Shown here in pieces: positions 1 through 12,772 of a stretch of DNA of 39,857 nt. The translations under genes and the position numbers were made by a program. The stretch's first letter is position 1, and every line of letters starts with the position of its first letter. The stretch is from Octopus bimaculoides (taxonomy: Eukaryota): positions 4,542,299 through 4,582,155 of the forward strand of contig NC_068988.1 of the NCBI RefSeq assembly GCF_001194135.2. Reading direction: 5' to 3'. Below the pieces are notes generated by a model. It did no database searches. It saw nothing but the letters and a program-made list of their open reading frames with translations, and had not been told where the DNA came from.

Positions 1-32
<32 letters not shown>

Positions 33-69
33 TATATACTATATATAAGCACAGTATAATATATTATAC

Positions 70-113
<44 letters not shown>
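1..113. repeat. (TA)n microsatellite, interrupted
   Basis: Direct TA runs at 1-29 and about 70-113. Confidence 0.95.
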
Positions 114-114
<1 letters not shown>

Positions 115-975
115 AGAGTATAATTTATAAAAGAGATGTCTGCCCTAGGGAACATTATAGAGTGTAAATGTTACATTGGTTGTGTGGAAGGTAGACTTAC
201 ACTACTTCACTTCAGTCGCGACTCATTGTTTAAACACAAAGAGACAACAGTTACAAAATCATCGTGTTTCGCCTGCCGTCAAATGTGCATGATACTGCGC
301 TTGGCGTCAAGCGATATATTCTAGAGAATAACAGAATATATATTAATGAGTCTAAAATGAACAAATTAGGTACGACTGAAAAAGGGGGAATTTTGAACAT
401 CAATATTTCGAGTAATTAACTTAAAGACTTTAAAAAATTGTGTTCTTGTTGCTCGGAAAAATTCAGCATTATATTGCGGCCTTTCGCGAATGTGAACACA
501 ATTTCAGAATTGATAAAGTCTTGCAGAAAATTCCATTAATATTTCAGAGATGTGTTATTACATAATCAATTTGCCATAAACTAGAAGATGATCATATACG
601 GAAGAAAAAAAAACAAAAATTCAGTTAATCACGAACACTTAAGGGACAATAACAGTAAGTTCTATCCTTGCTTTTATGTTTTACACATATAATACTGAAG
701 ACATGAATGCATCACGTGTCTTCCATATGGATATATGAATATTTTATCACATGTTCTCTATAAGACAAATGAATATATTGAAATCTGGCTCAATTTTCAA
801 CAGGCTATAGTCAACCAATCAAAACTCGATAACTAATCATATTTTGATGTGTTTACGAATACTTTTAACAGACAGTCACATTACTTCCCTTCTACAATCG
901 TTGAATTAATATGCAACAATAAACTCAGTAACAAATCAAGAAGCTTCAAATTCTAATGAAGTGTAATGGATGCTC

Positions 976-1172
<197 letters not shown>

Positions 1173-3401
1173 CGACACACCTCTCCAAAGTTTCTGTCTC
1201 CGTTTATTCGTTAATCCGAAACTCTTGTAGAAGACATTTAACGAAAGACTCGGAATCATGCATTTGTGAAGTAAACGTCTTAATGACACTGACGTCTCTA
1301 TTCTCAGACATGTCCATGTTCCTGATAAACTGTCTATATGAAGTACTTGCCTGAATTCTTTTGAATGTGTAACAATTATATTATTTTACTGTTGAAACAG
1401 GTTGCCATGTCATTATTAAAGAATATTGCATAGGATTGCTAAAACAGTGGCTGTAATGTGAATGATGTTTATGATGTATGTAAATGATTCTTATAAGTGC
1501 AATGTTTAGAGAGGATATTATATGATTTGCATAGGATATATTTGTAGAGTTAAAAGTGATATCAAGCACATTATTATAACAGTAAAAAGAGTAAAAGAGA
1601 TATTACCGAGAGTTGAAGATAGCTCGAGTTGAGAGAGTAGACATAGGAGATTAGTAGGTTGGCATACACTATAATTATAAGCAGAACATGCCACACTGAA
1701 TTGCTTATTTTTCCTAACACCTAAATTGTAGTAAAGATAGCTGAGATAATAATTTTCAATATAGAATCATTTAATGCTTCTCATATATTACATTTCTTTC
1801 ATTTCTCTTCAAAATGAAGAGTTAAACTTGAAATGTACGAGTTTGACTTTCAGAGTAGACAGCTGCGTGTCAGAAACAGGAAACGAAATTTAAATGCATG
1901 AACTGTGTGGCCCCCGTTCAGCGTTTGTGTCTGTCTTCGAAGTTTGTTGCTTAATTCAAAAGAAATGGGGAACCATTAAGAATTAGTAATTATGTTTCTT
2001 AAATGTCGCTGTTTATTAAGGTTTTCGAAGTTCATGTCTATCATAAACTCTGCTCAAAGCGAAATTTCCATCGGCTTCCAGGCAGATTTCTTCTCACAGC
2101 GTGTTGTATTTGAGAAATTGTCTTTCTCGTAAAATTCATTAGGAAATTTTTCGGTGCCAGTTTCAATTTTAAAATTTCATTTATTTTTATAAAAGGATAT
2201 TCAAGGAAAGACAAGGGTGTAGAACACCAGAATAAAACACGAATTTAAAACCTAATTATTTATTTATTAATACAAACACTTCAACCTTAAAAACATAACC
2301 AGATTTAAAAAATGTATATATACATATATATTTTAAAAACTGTATTTTATACACACGTTGACATCTTGCAAATGGAAATATTGGAAGTTGAAAATCTTTG
2401 ATAAACAAGTTTATATTCGAATGACACATTATCTTAAACCTAATTTCTGAAAGCACTATATAAATCTATGTTACAGTAGTAAATATTTGCGTTAAAAAAA
2501 TCTCTATTCAAAAAGAATGAGACCAACAAGATGTGTTTTCTTGAATACTTTGTTTTCAATAAACACACCGACTTTCAGTCAAGCACTTTTCGTTCTATAT
2601 TCTAAACAGTCTAACACTATTCCCAGGAATAGATTAACACTGGAGCTCAGCTTTATTTTATTTTAGGTATAGGTTTGGGCCTCACCAAAAAGACTTGACA
2701 TACAATATATAAATTATCCTATGTGTAATGGAATTTATCCTCTCAAAATATAAAACTGGGAAGGTATAGACCTGACGCTGAAGTGTGAAATTTCGTGTTC
2801 AATGTTTATTCATCTAGTCTAAGTGTACGCGTGTGCGTGTGTGTGCGTGTGCAAACACTGGCCTGTCAACGGATGTCTCTGCATGGTGCAAATGCTAATA
2901 AGTGAATATGGCTTTATGTGCGTATGTCTATGTGTGGATATATATATATATATATATATCTTTTGCTTCGGGAAAATATAAATATCACCTTGAGTCAGTT
3001 TGAATATCCGATTGTATATTCTGGTTTCTTTTTCGTTCTATCCATGTTTGTTTTATAATGTTATTTAAGATTTTTCATCATCAGTAGAAAGTATATTATT
3101 TGATTAACTTGTTTATTTTTTGGTTCCTTATAAGTCCCTTCCTTATACGAAAAGCATTCTACATTATAACCTAGTTCCTTGTGTAGACGAAGGCGAACTA
3201 TAACTACCAAAATGTATTTAAATCGAAACCAGTGAAACGGAGACTAAAAAGCAAGATACCTTTTGACAAGTCACCTATGGAGATATCTACACCTATGATG
3301 TACAACAACTGTTTGTACAGCATCTCACCTGCGAGGCACAATGAATCAAAATGACTGTAGTGAATAACAAAGAATCTCGTTTACCTCCATTTTCTTCACT
3401 C

Positions 3402-3404
<3 letters not shown>

Positions 3405-3469
<65 letters not shown>
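3405..3469. repeat. (TA)n microsatellite
   Basis: Perfect TA run. Confidence 0.97.
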
Positions 3470-3470
<1 letters not shown>

Positions 3471-3482
3471 GTAAAGATATAT

Positions 3483-4200
3483 ATAAGACTATGTCTGACT
3501 TCCTATTCTCTATCTCATGGTCGCACTGAATCATAAAATCCCATAAGATCTTTGGATTTCTATTTTCGACAATGCCTACAGGTTTGTGGTCGTACCAATC
3601 TTTTGCTCTCTGAAGCCCATACTTGCTGCAAAGTGTCCAATGGACAAGCCTGGCTACATTGTCGTGGCGTCTCTTATATTCCTTCTGGGCTAGTGGCGTA
3701 CATTGGCTGGTAATATGTCATACAGTTTCACCATTTTGTCCACAGATTCTGCACTTATCACTTTCTAATGTGTTGTCTGTTCTGTATTTTACGTAGTTTG
3801 TTTTTAGTGCTTGCTCATGGGCAGCACAGATTAGAGCTTCCGTTTCCGGTTTTGAATCACTTTTAGTCATCCACAGCCATCTTTTTTTCTCTGCCTGTCT
3901 TATTTTCTACAGCCCTATGAAATTGACCATGCAGTTTTGTCTATCAGGAGTTGATCCTTGGTACCTCTGCACTTACGCTTACAACCCTTCTGCTCATGTG
4001 GCAGGACTCCATTTTTTCCAGATGTTCGTACATTGATTCCTCGAGTATTCCAATCAATAACTTCCACATAAGTGACAAACAGGATATCGGCCTGTAATTG
4101 TCTACCGTATCGCCTTTTCGATGTTTTTCAGGCACAGCACTGTCCTACTCAATGTCAACCACTCTGGTATTACTTGGTCGGCATTTAACAAGGTATTGAG
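3483..4200 (-). mobile_element. Truncated, internally deleted R4/Dong-type non-LTR retrotransposon (RT fragment + CCHC knuckle + RLE start)
   Basis: Manual minus-strand translation with frameshifts: LNTLLNADQVIPEWLT...[15 protein letters not shown]...[22 protein letters not shown] (RT N-terminal part), joined to WLWMTKSD...ALICAAHEQAL...CRICGQNGETV*HITSQC...EYKRRHDNVARLVHW...KILWDFMIQCDHEIENRKSDIV (CCHC and PD-type RLE motif). One stop and frameshifts present. Confidence 0.9.
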
Positions 4201-4202
4201 TT

Positions 4203-4210
4203 ATTATCAT

Positions 4211-4272
<62 letters not shown>

Positions 4273-4285
4273 ATACTACTATTGT
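4203..4285. repeat. (TAC)n trinucleotide microsatellite
   Basis: Direct; abuts the truncated 5' end of the LINE remnant. Confidence 0.95.
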
Positions 4286-4612
4286 TATTCAACATTTGGC
4301 AGTTTCAGGCAAATTTCTGCTGCAACACCTCCGTGTTGCTGGGGTGTGTGTTCTTTTTTGTTGCTCGTTGGAGTGCAAACTCTTCCCCATATTTTATTGC
4401 ATCAATTTGCTTTGTTATGTGGTCTGGCTGTAGTCCTTTGTTTCATTAATGTTTGTATTGCGTATTGTACGTGTAATGCGAGTTGTGTTCTGTTGGATAG
4501 TATTGTTGTTGTTGTTGTTGCTTTATTGTTGTGTTGATATCATTATTGTTATCATTTTAATTGACCATTGAGTTACTATGTAGTCTGCTGACCATAAAGG
4601 ATATATACATCC

Positions 4613-5292
<680 letters not shown>

Positions 5293-5640
5293 TAATACCG
5301 AAGACAGATGTCTTTTTTAATGCTACATTTATTTCGCATGCAAGCAGGGGTATATGCATAACACATCACAAATATACGCTGAATTGCTCCAGCAAATAAA
5401 TATATGTCGATATAAGCATTCACAATTTTTCCATGTTCTCTCTTTGAAAGAAAGTATCTCCCCGTCTATCTTTTAGTCGCTCTTTTGTAACCTTGCCCAT
5501 TCACTATCTAATGCTTTTTTTTTTCTTATCTCCTCCGCATGTCTCCATCTCTCTCAACACTAATACACACACATGCATACAAACATACTCTTATCCCACC
5601 ATTCCTATTGAGGTTACAACGATATATATACATATATATA

Positions 5641-5717
5641 NNNNNNNNNNNNNNNNNNNNNNNNNNNNNNNNNNNNNNNNNNNNNNNNNNNNNNNNNNNN
5701 NNNNNNNNNNNNNNNNN
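5641..5717. other. Assembly gap (N run) flanked by (TA)n
   Basis: 77 N. Confidence 1.
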
Positions 5718-7239
5718 TATATATATATATATATATGTATGTATAGCTTAAGTATTTACATACGTTAGATTGACACATAAATAGATTACATATAAATAGA
5801 TTTAGTCAGAGAAGGAGAAAGTACGAGAGAGGGAGAAGGAAATTGAAAGAGCAGAATTGAAATCGGGAGAGATATTGCTGCATCGTAAAGTTCTTAACCA
5901 AATTTCAATGGCGACAGTTCCGTTATAATCAGTGAATGTTTGAACATGACAGATAAAAACTAAATTCTAATGGGACAAAAATCACATAAACATTTCTAAT
6001 GGTATCATATGTAATATTATGGATGACGTGAAACCATTTCAATAAATGTTTCGTTTCCTTTCCATGCTATTACACGCTGAAGGAATCATTACGCATTAAA
6101 TCCCTGTTGGTTGAAAAATGGCAGTTTCTACATGATTTTATAAGTTGAGATATCTTTCTCATTGCATTTGTGCGAGCTACAATCAGTTTTGCGCCCAGCT
6201 GTACATATCATACAACAATCAGTATTTCCTTGCAAAAAGAAATAAAAAAAGAAACACTGAATGTTCCGGGAATAAATTTAAAAACATAAAAAACACTGAT
6301 AGAAGCCAGATTACATTGGATCACACAGCATCAATATAAGTTGAAAGTTACTATTCTTCCATGATGACGTATAGAGATATACAGACACTCTTTACTACAA
6401 TTGTTGGCTTTAGATTTAAGTTCGCTGCAGTTGTTTTATTTAGTAGCTTCTTTCTGTTATCCATTCTATTTTTGAATCTCAATTCTCACAGATGCTGCAA
6501 GTATATATCAGATTATTCTATACATAATATTTGTAGTATATTTATGTCCAGAAGAAAAATTTAGCGATCATCTTCAAAGTGACAAGAAACTTAAAGCGAA
6601 GTTTGGAATCTAAAACTTAGGTATTTTACAATTATAAAGGAAGTCAAAAATGTATATTCATGTTCATTTTACAACAAATATATAAACAAATAATAATTCC
6701 CGCTTATGACAGTAGAACTGGTTTCCGTGGTTAACTTTGTTTACGCATTGCAGTATGTATACACACGTGCGCGCGCGCACATATACACACACATACACAC
6801 AGACAGAGAGATAGGTAAATAAATGGATTGATAGACAGACAGTTAGCCAGACAGATAAGTAGATAGATAGAGAGAGAAAGGAACAGATAAATGAATATAT
6901 ATATGTTGCTTTATGTCGAGCGAATGAGAAAGGAATGCTCTATTCATGTTGTAGAGGATATATTTTATTGAAAACTATATACTTATATACTTATACATCA
7001 TACCCAACTATATACATATATGTATGTCTATGTGTGCGTTTGTGTGTGGTGTGTATGTATGTATGTATAGCTTTCTGTTCCGTTTTGGTAGGATCAATAA
7101 GAAAAGCTCTCCATACAATGAGAGATAAATATCATTTCATGTATACAGATACGCGCTACTAATAGTTTCTTGCTGTGGAGACAGTTGTCAAGTCAGGTTT
7201 TTGATAACACACCTAGTGTCTCCAAGAAATCGTAGGGCT

Positions 7240-7895
7240 CTGAGCACATGCTGTGTTCCATTTGAAAATTAAGACGCTGATACATGAGAAAACACGAGAA
7301 AAGTATGAGAAGGTTGATACAAAAATTGGAAGGGTGACTAAAAATGGAAAAAGAAAAGAACAGATAGGAAATTACAGTTATGCCCCATTCGACCGTAAAA
7401 GCTAAACGTAAACTAGTTGTAGAATAATTCAACGGGGAGGGGACCAAAGTCTGCGAGACAGTTGCTCAATCCAGAAAGGCTTGTGTCAGCCTGTTCGCCA
7501 AAAGAAATTTGTCCACATGCATGAATTTGCTGAAAGTTTCGGATCCGGAATTAAGTAGTGCGGTGAAATTCTTAGAGTTAAAAAGTATGTGCGATCTTTC
7601 AGCTATGAATAAGTTGCATATTTTAGATCTGAATTATATATGGCATGGATTCCTCTACGATTCTTCACATGATTGGGAGTCTACGGATACAGAAATTCAA
7701 GACGTTAGCCAATCCATAAATATTAATAAAAAATAAGTGAAGGAACTAGCAAAAGAAATTAAAAAGAAGTGTACAGTTAAAGCAATCTTATTGACTCCAG
7801 GCCAAAGTGGATTGAAATCCCTCAAGATAAACGACAAGTTGCAATTTTATCTCAAAAGCCTTCAGCAATCTGCTTTTAAAAAAATCCTGATGTAG
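7240..7895 (+). pseudogene. Decayed reading frame of unknown family (probably an old mobile-element ORF)
   Basis: Frame 7428-7892 gives 155 codons with one stop (7734-7736) in very AT-rich DNA; Lys-rich; upstream part appears in another frame; no motif recognised. Confidence 0.35.
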
Positions 7896-8396
7896 TCATG
7901 TGGTTGTGTCTCTCAATAGTTAGTAATTCACTAAATTAATATATATTTTGTATGTAAAGCAATATAGCATTGCAACATCTTTTTACTGTATTCTCATCCA
8001 GTTAGGACATAATAATGTTCAGTTAACGATATATCAGTGAAAGTCATTCGGTCTCTTTACGTCTGCTATATTTATGAATCGACTTTTCTTTATGTATTTA
8101 TGATGAAACTAAATATTTATGATTAAACTTATTTTCTATAATTACGTGTAAATTTTATTTTGTATGTTTATAACAAAAGGATATTCTGCATATTTATGAC
8201 TAAAATATATTTTGGTATATTTATGATTAAAATATAGATCCACTGCCTAAAGATGTGCCGTCTTTCTCAGAAAGATATTTCGATGCAACCCTTCAAAATA
8301 TTCTAGAAAGAACTCGAACTGCTCTCGATGAGTAGATCTAGGAAGGAAAACATATTAGAAAAATCTCTTCCAGTTGAGAGATAGCAACGGAGCCTC

Positions 8397-8658
8397 TATG
8401 TTGTTGTTCGATCATCTAAAAACAGCGATTAGATCGCCCTCAAATGATATCCTATTGTCTAATATAGAATGACAACGATTATAACTATATTCCTCTTACC
8501 TATGTAGTATACGATCGGCTGCGGGGGCTGCGGTGGTGGTGGTGGCTGCAGTGATGTACTTTTTGTTTGTTGCTGTTTAAAACATGTTAGCAAACCTTGG
8601 ACAGAATGATGATCAACAGCGTTTTATTCATTTCCATAACAATGTTTTGGTGTTATGT
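8397..8658 (-). repeat. Inverted, circularly permuted copy of 8688-8943
   Basis: 8397-8462 is the exact reverse complement of 8688-8753; 8461-8658 is the reverse complement of 8749-8943 apart from one extra GGT unit; TATGT at both ends. Confidence 0.95.
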
Positions 8659-8691
8659 AGGACTATTTTAATAATCCTTTTCTTACTTTAG

Positions 8692-8947
8692 ACAATAGGA
8701 TATCATTTGAGGGCGATCTAATCGCTGTTTTTAGATGATCGAACAACAACATAACACCAAAACATTGTTATGGAAATGAATAAAACGCTGTTGATCATCA
8801 TTCTGTCCAAGGTTTGCTAACATGTTTTAAACAGCAACAAACAAAAAGTACATCACTGCAGCCACCACCACCGCAGCCCCCGCAGCCGATCGTATACTAC
8901 ATAGGTAAGAGGAATATAGTTATAATCGTTGTCATTCTATATTACAG
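8692..8947 (+). other. Candidate exon (acceptor ccttttcttactttag|, donor cag|gtaagt; alternative donor ag|gtaaga at 8905)
   Basis: Consensus splice signals and a CCA/CCG/CAG tract (LQPPPPQPPQP); no frame is open across the full 256 nt. Confidence 0.4.
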
Positions 8948-11870
8948 GTAAGTAAGAATGTTACAAACAGTCCTCAAGTATATAATGTTATGCGCTCTAC
9001 ATCATTCCAAAATATAGCATCGAACCAAAACTTAGAAATGAAAAATGCGGACAGTAACGGATTTCGAATAGCAACCAATTGCTTGACGTTTAAAACAACG
9101 CATACATGCGACACATTTAAAGCAGTTACAAAGTAAATCACCAGTGTCAAAGTGTGTATGTGTGTGTGAGAAAGAGAGAGATATAGTGAGGGTCTATGTG
9201 AGTGAGTGTGTATGACTGAATGCGTGTATGTGAGTGAGTGTATGTGTGTGTGTGTGCACGCATTAGACAGCGCACTCAGTTCAACAAACATTTAGATCTG
9301 TGTTTATCTGGTTGGAATCATACAGTGTCAGAAGTTTATGACATTTTACTCGCTGACAAAAAAAATTATATTGTAATATCACTCATCAGAATATTTTTAA
9401 TTCGTCATTATTTCACATTACTTAGCGAGAGAATAACAAACAGGTCTTATTGAAACTCTTACCTGTGATAAACTTGCGGTTTATCCCCGGAAATGTTTTT
9501 TCTACTCTCATCCGCTCGCCGGAATTATGCACCGTCGCTTAAAAGACCTTGAAAGAAATATCGTCATTCAACTGCCATTTTATCTTTTGTGTTTTTAATG
9601 ATCTGAGGGCAATGATTGCATCATGTTGAAACGAAAATATACGCGTTGTAATCAGAAGCTCATCTGCAATGTTTAGTGGCCAAGAAAGTGTTAATTTCCT
9701 TTCATAAGCTAACACACACATGTTGTCGAAATTCTTAATCAATATCTGTATCAGTGAGAACTCGGTGGATTACAAATGAAGTGATTGATGCATGAAACGA
9801 ACTCGATTTAATTAATTTCCTCTTATTCTTGCTTAATGAACTATACTCCTCTGGAACATTCAGATCCATCGCGTGTTCAATAATCGTAAAATCAAACTAA
9901 CTTCCTGTCTCAATTCATGGATAAACTATCGAAAGCAATATGCATGATAATATGCATAAATTGTAAACAGAGTTAAATTATTTTACTGGTATTATGGTTT
10001 CCATCGATATACTTAGGAATGAATTGCTATAGTCTAGGCAGCTAATTAGGGATTCTTGTGTAAGATTGGAATGCTATTATACCGTTGACGAATATAAAGT
10101 CTGCATTTGGCTGTAATAAATTATTTTATCTTGTTTGCTAACCTAATACATTAAGACTATTGTGGTTTGTGTTACATTCTATGTAATTTTAGAATCGGTT
10201 AAAATAGCAAATAGAATATTCTTTACAATGAAACACAAAAGACATCAAAGACAGGAATTAGCGACTGTTAGTGTTAAAAGGAAACATGTAAGCATAATAA
10301 TAGTTTGACCAAGTGTAAGTTAAGAATGAGTTCACTTAGCAAGTTAAGAACTTCAAAGTTGAATATTACAATATTACATTTATTACAACATTACATTTAC
10401 AGTATTAAGTTATTATTCAAACGCTAACAATTTTGAAATACGTGGAGAGGAACAATGAACAGTTGCATTAAGATTTTTCCCTGGAGAAGCTAGGAACATG
10501 ATTCGAATAAAGAAATATTCCGAAGATGTATCATAAGTGAATAATATATATTCAGATATTATTTAGAGAAATCCGCCTAACGATAATTGCGATAACTGCT
10601 TCCAGGATACACATGCATCCATGCGCACACAAACAGATACCCGCGTGCGTGTGCCTGTCAGTCTGTCTGCTCACATGTATTAATACAAGAACGCACACAT
10701 ACACACAGATAGATGTATGCGCAGAGGAATATGTATTTGATGCAAATACACACGTAACAGAGTAACAGAATGTAGCAGAAGCGCAGCACAATATAGTAAA
10801 ACAATATATGTTGTACCGGAGAGTTATTTTAAGCGTAAATATTTTCAAAACTGTAATAAATAAAAAGTTTTATCGCAATATTCTCATACAAAACACTGAA
10901 TGGTGTCTCTGTTTTGAATTAAGTTTTAATTTTAACCATGCTTTCTATCATAAGTTTGTGTTTATTATAAGAACCTCCTACACTGAAATTTATTTTGGAA
11001 GTCAGAGGGTTTGCTGTCCATTTTCCGCCATCGTGATGTTTTCATGCAGTAGATGACAACTTTCAGCTGTTATCTCCTTTGTAGCGTAAACAGTAACACC
11101 ATAACGTGACTTCGACAGATGAGATCCTTTAGGAAAGATGTGGATCTCAGTTTTATGCACTTGTTTAGTTATTTACACAAAAGAGGTTTGCACACATTAC
11201 ATTTGTATGCCATCTAAGGCTACCCGGAGATATTTAGTTGAAATTTAGCATTAAATTCTCTATGATACTATGGAAGACTGATGTATAGGAAGATTGTTTG
11301 GGAGTCATGGATTTCAGTAAATTGCAGTTATTGAAACGATGAGCAGATAAGCTTTCTTGCATGAAAGTCTTTTTCTAGACAATCAACAATCGGTTTTTTA
11401 AGTTTTCATGCATGTTCTGGAAGAAATTTATAGAGAGTAAGCAATTTATAAAGGTTGAGGAGGAGAACTAGTTTTTTCGTATGCATATGACATTGCTACA
11501 TACTGAGGTAGCCATGGGAGTTGACGAGGAAATATGATATGAAATGACCGGAGATCTTTGGACAGAATGCGGAGACAAATAATTTACTTAAGAATTAATG
11601 TGAAGACACGAAAATTTTGACGGCTTCGTTATCAAAACCATTTCATTTTTACAGGTTCCTAACGCATAAGACTAAGCATCCTGTAGATCTGACTAATGAA
11701 TATTTTACAGATGGTTAGGGTTAGGGTGAAAGACAAGAGGTGATTATGGTTGTGTATAACGGTTACCGTAACTTCTCAAATGTTGCAGAGAAAGAAAGAA
11801 GTGTAAGGGTATAAGGACACACGCTAAAGAAAAAGATCTAAAAGTTTTGCAAAAATAAAAGCAAATACAT

Positions 11871-12624
11871 CAGGGGGCGGCAACCTACGGCCCGCGGGCC
11901 GGATCCCACCTGCAAAAGGATTTTGACCGGCCCGCGAGTACCGATGCTCAATGATTTTTTTTTATTCAAAATTTGAATTTATTGAAATATGAGAGACGAG
12001 ACTTCCGAATACAATAAAAGGCCTGCTGTTACATTCTTCTGCAAATCTTCTGATTCACTCGACCTAATGTCCTCCACAAGAGATGGAGACAATATCAGAA
12101 TGTTTTCAAATGGAATTGATTTAATATGCAGTATGAGGACTTTTTTGAGATATATATTTTTCCAAGTGGGAAGTATACCAACGTAGTGAATCATGCAAAA
12201 AAGATGGCATCTTTGTTTGGAAGTACTTATCAGTGTGAGCAATTATTTTCCAAACTGAAGCAAACTAAGAACAATTTGAGAACAAGATTATCTAATAATA
12301 ATCTTGATAATACCTTACCCTTGGCATTAGCAAGTTTGAAACCTTGAGGAGCTTTCAAGGAACAAGAATCATCAAGTTCTATGTATTTTTAAGACATTTT
12401 AAACAAATGATTCCAACGATGTCTTAAATTGAATAAATGATATTTTTCCATTACTACATTCATCTGTGGTTAATACAAATTATTTTCCAGTATAGTCAAC
12501 ACTCGTGATTAAATTTTAGCTTGTGTAATTTTCCATAATGATTCTTTTATGGCCTCCGTCCGGCCCGCTATCCGTCATTAATACTCGATACGGTCCGTGG
12601 AAGTAAAGAAGTTACCGACTCCTG
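11871..12624 (+). mobile_element. Non-autonomous hAT DNA transposon (Charlie/Buster group, OC1/hAT1-like ends)
   Basis: TIRs cagggggcggcaac / gttaccgactcctg (11/14 match); subterminal cggcccgcgggccgg motifs; flanks aaatacat / aaataaag (6/8, possible degenerate 8-bp TSD); ORF 12126-12347 has the hAT C-terminal dimerisation motif ASLFGSTYQCEQLFSKLKQTKNNLRTRL. Confidence 0.9.
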
Positions 12625-12735
12625 AAATAAAGCAACTGTTTATAACTAATGAAAGAAAATATATATCATGATCGGCTGCCTTATTTGGTTGTAGCTAATG
12701 GAGGAGTTTGTGCATGTGGCAACTGTTTATGTGTG

Positions 12736-12772
12736 TGCCAAAATTTGAAACCAGTATTATTATTTATGTGTG
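12736..12772 (+). mobile_element. 3' tail stub of octopus-type SINE
   Basis: gtgccaaaatttgaaacc followed by (TAT)n; same tail as the 15014-15210 copy. Confidence 0.45.

Noticed and set aside
1180-1345. Possible minus-strand terminal exon (ASTSYRQFIRNMDMSENR...)
   Set aside because: Weak acceptor, no recognisable homology, and too short to support.
4286-4540. Segment possibly the 5' part of the R4/Dong LINE
   Set aside because: No motif recognised; separated from the element by (TAC)n.
11714-11728. (TTAGGG)2 telomere-like motif
   Set aside because: Only two units; compatible with chance or a small TE fragment.
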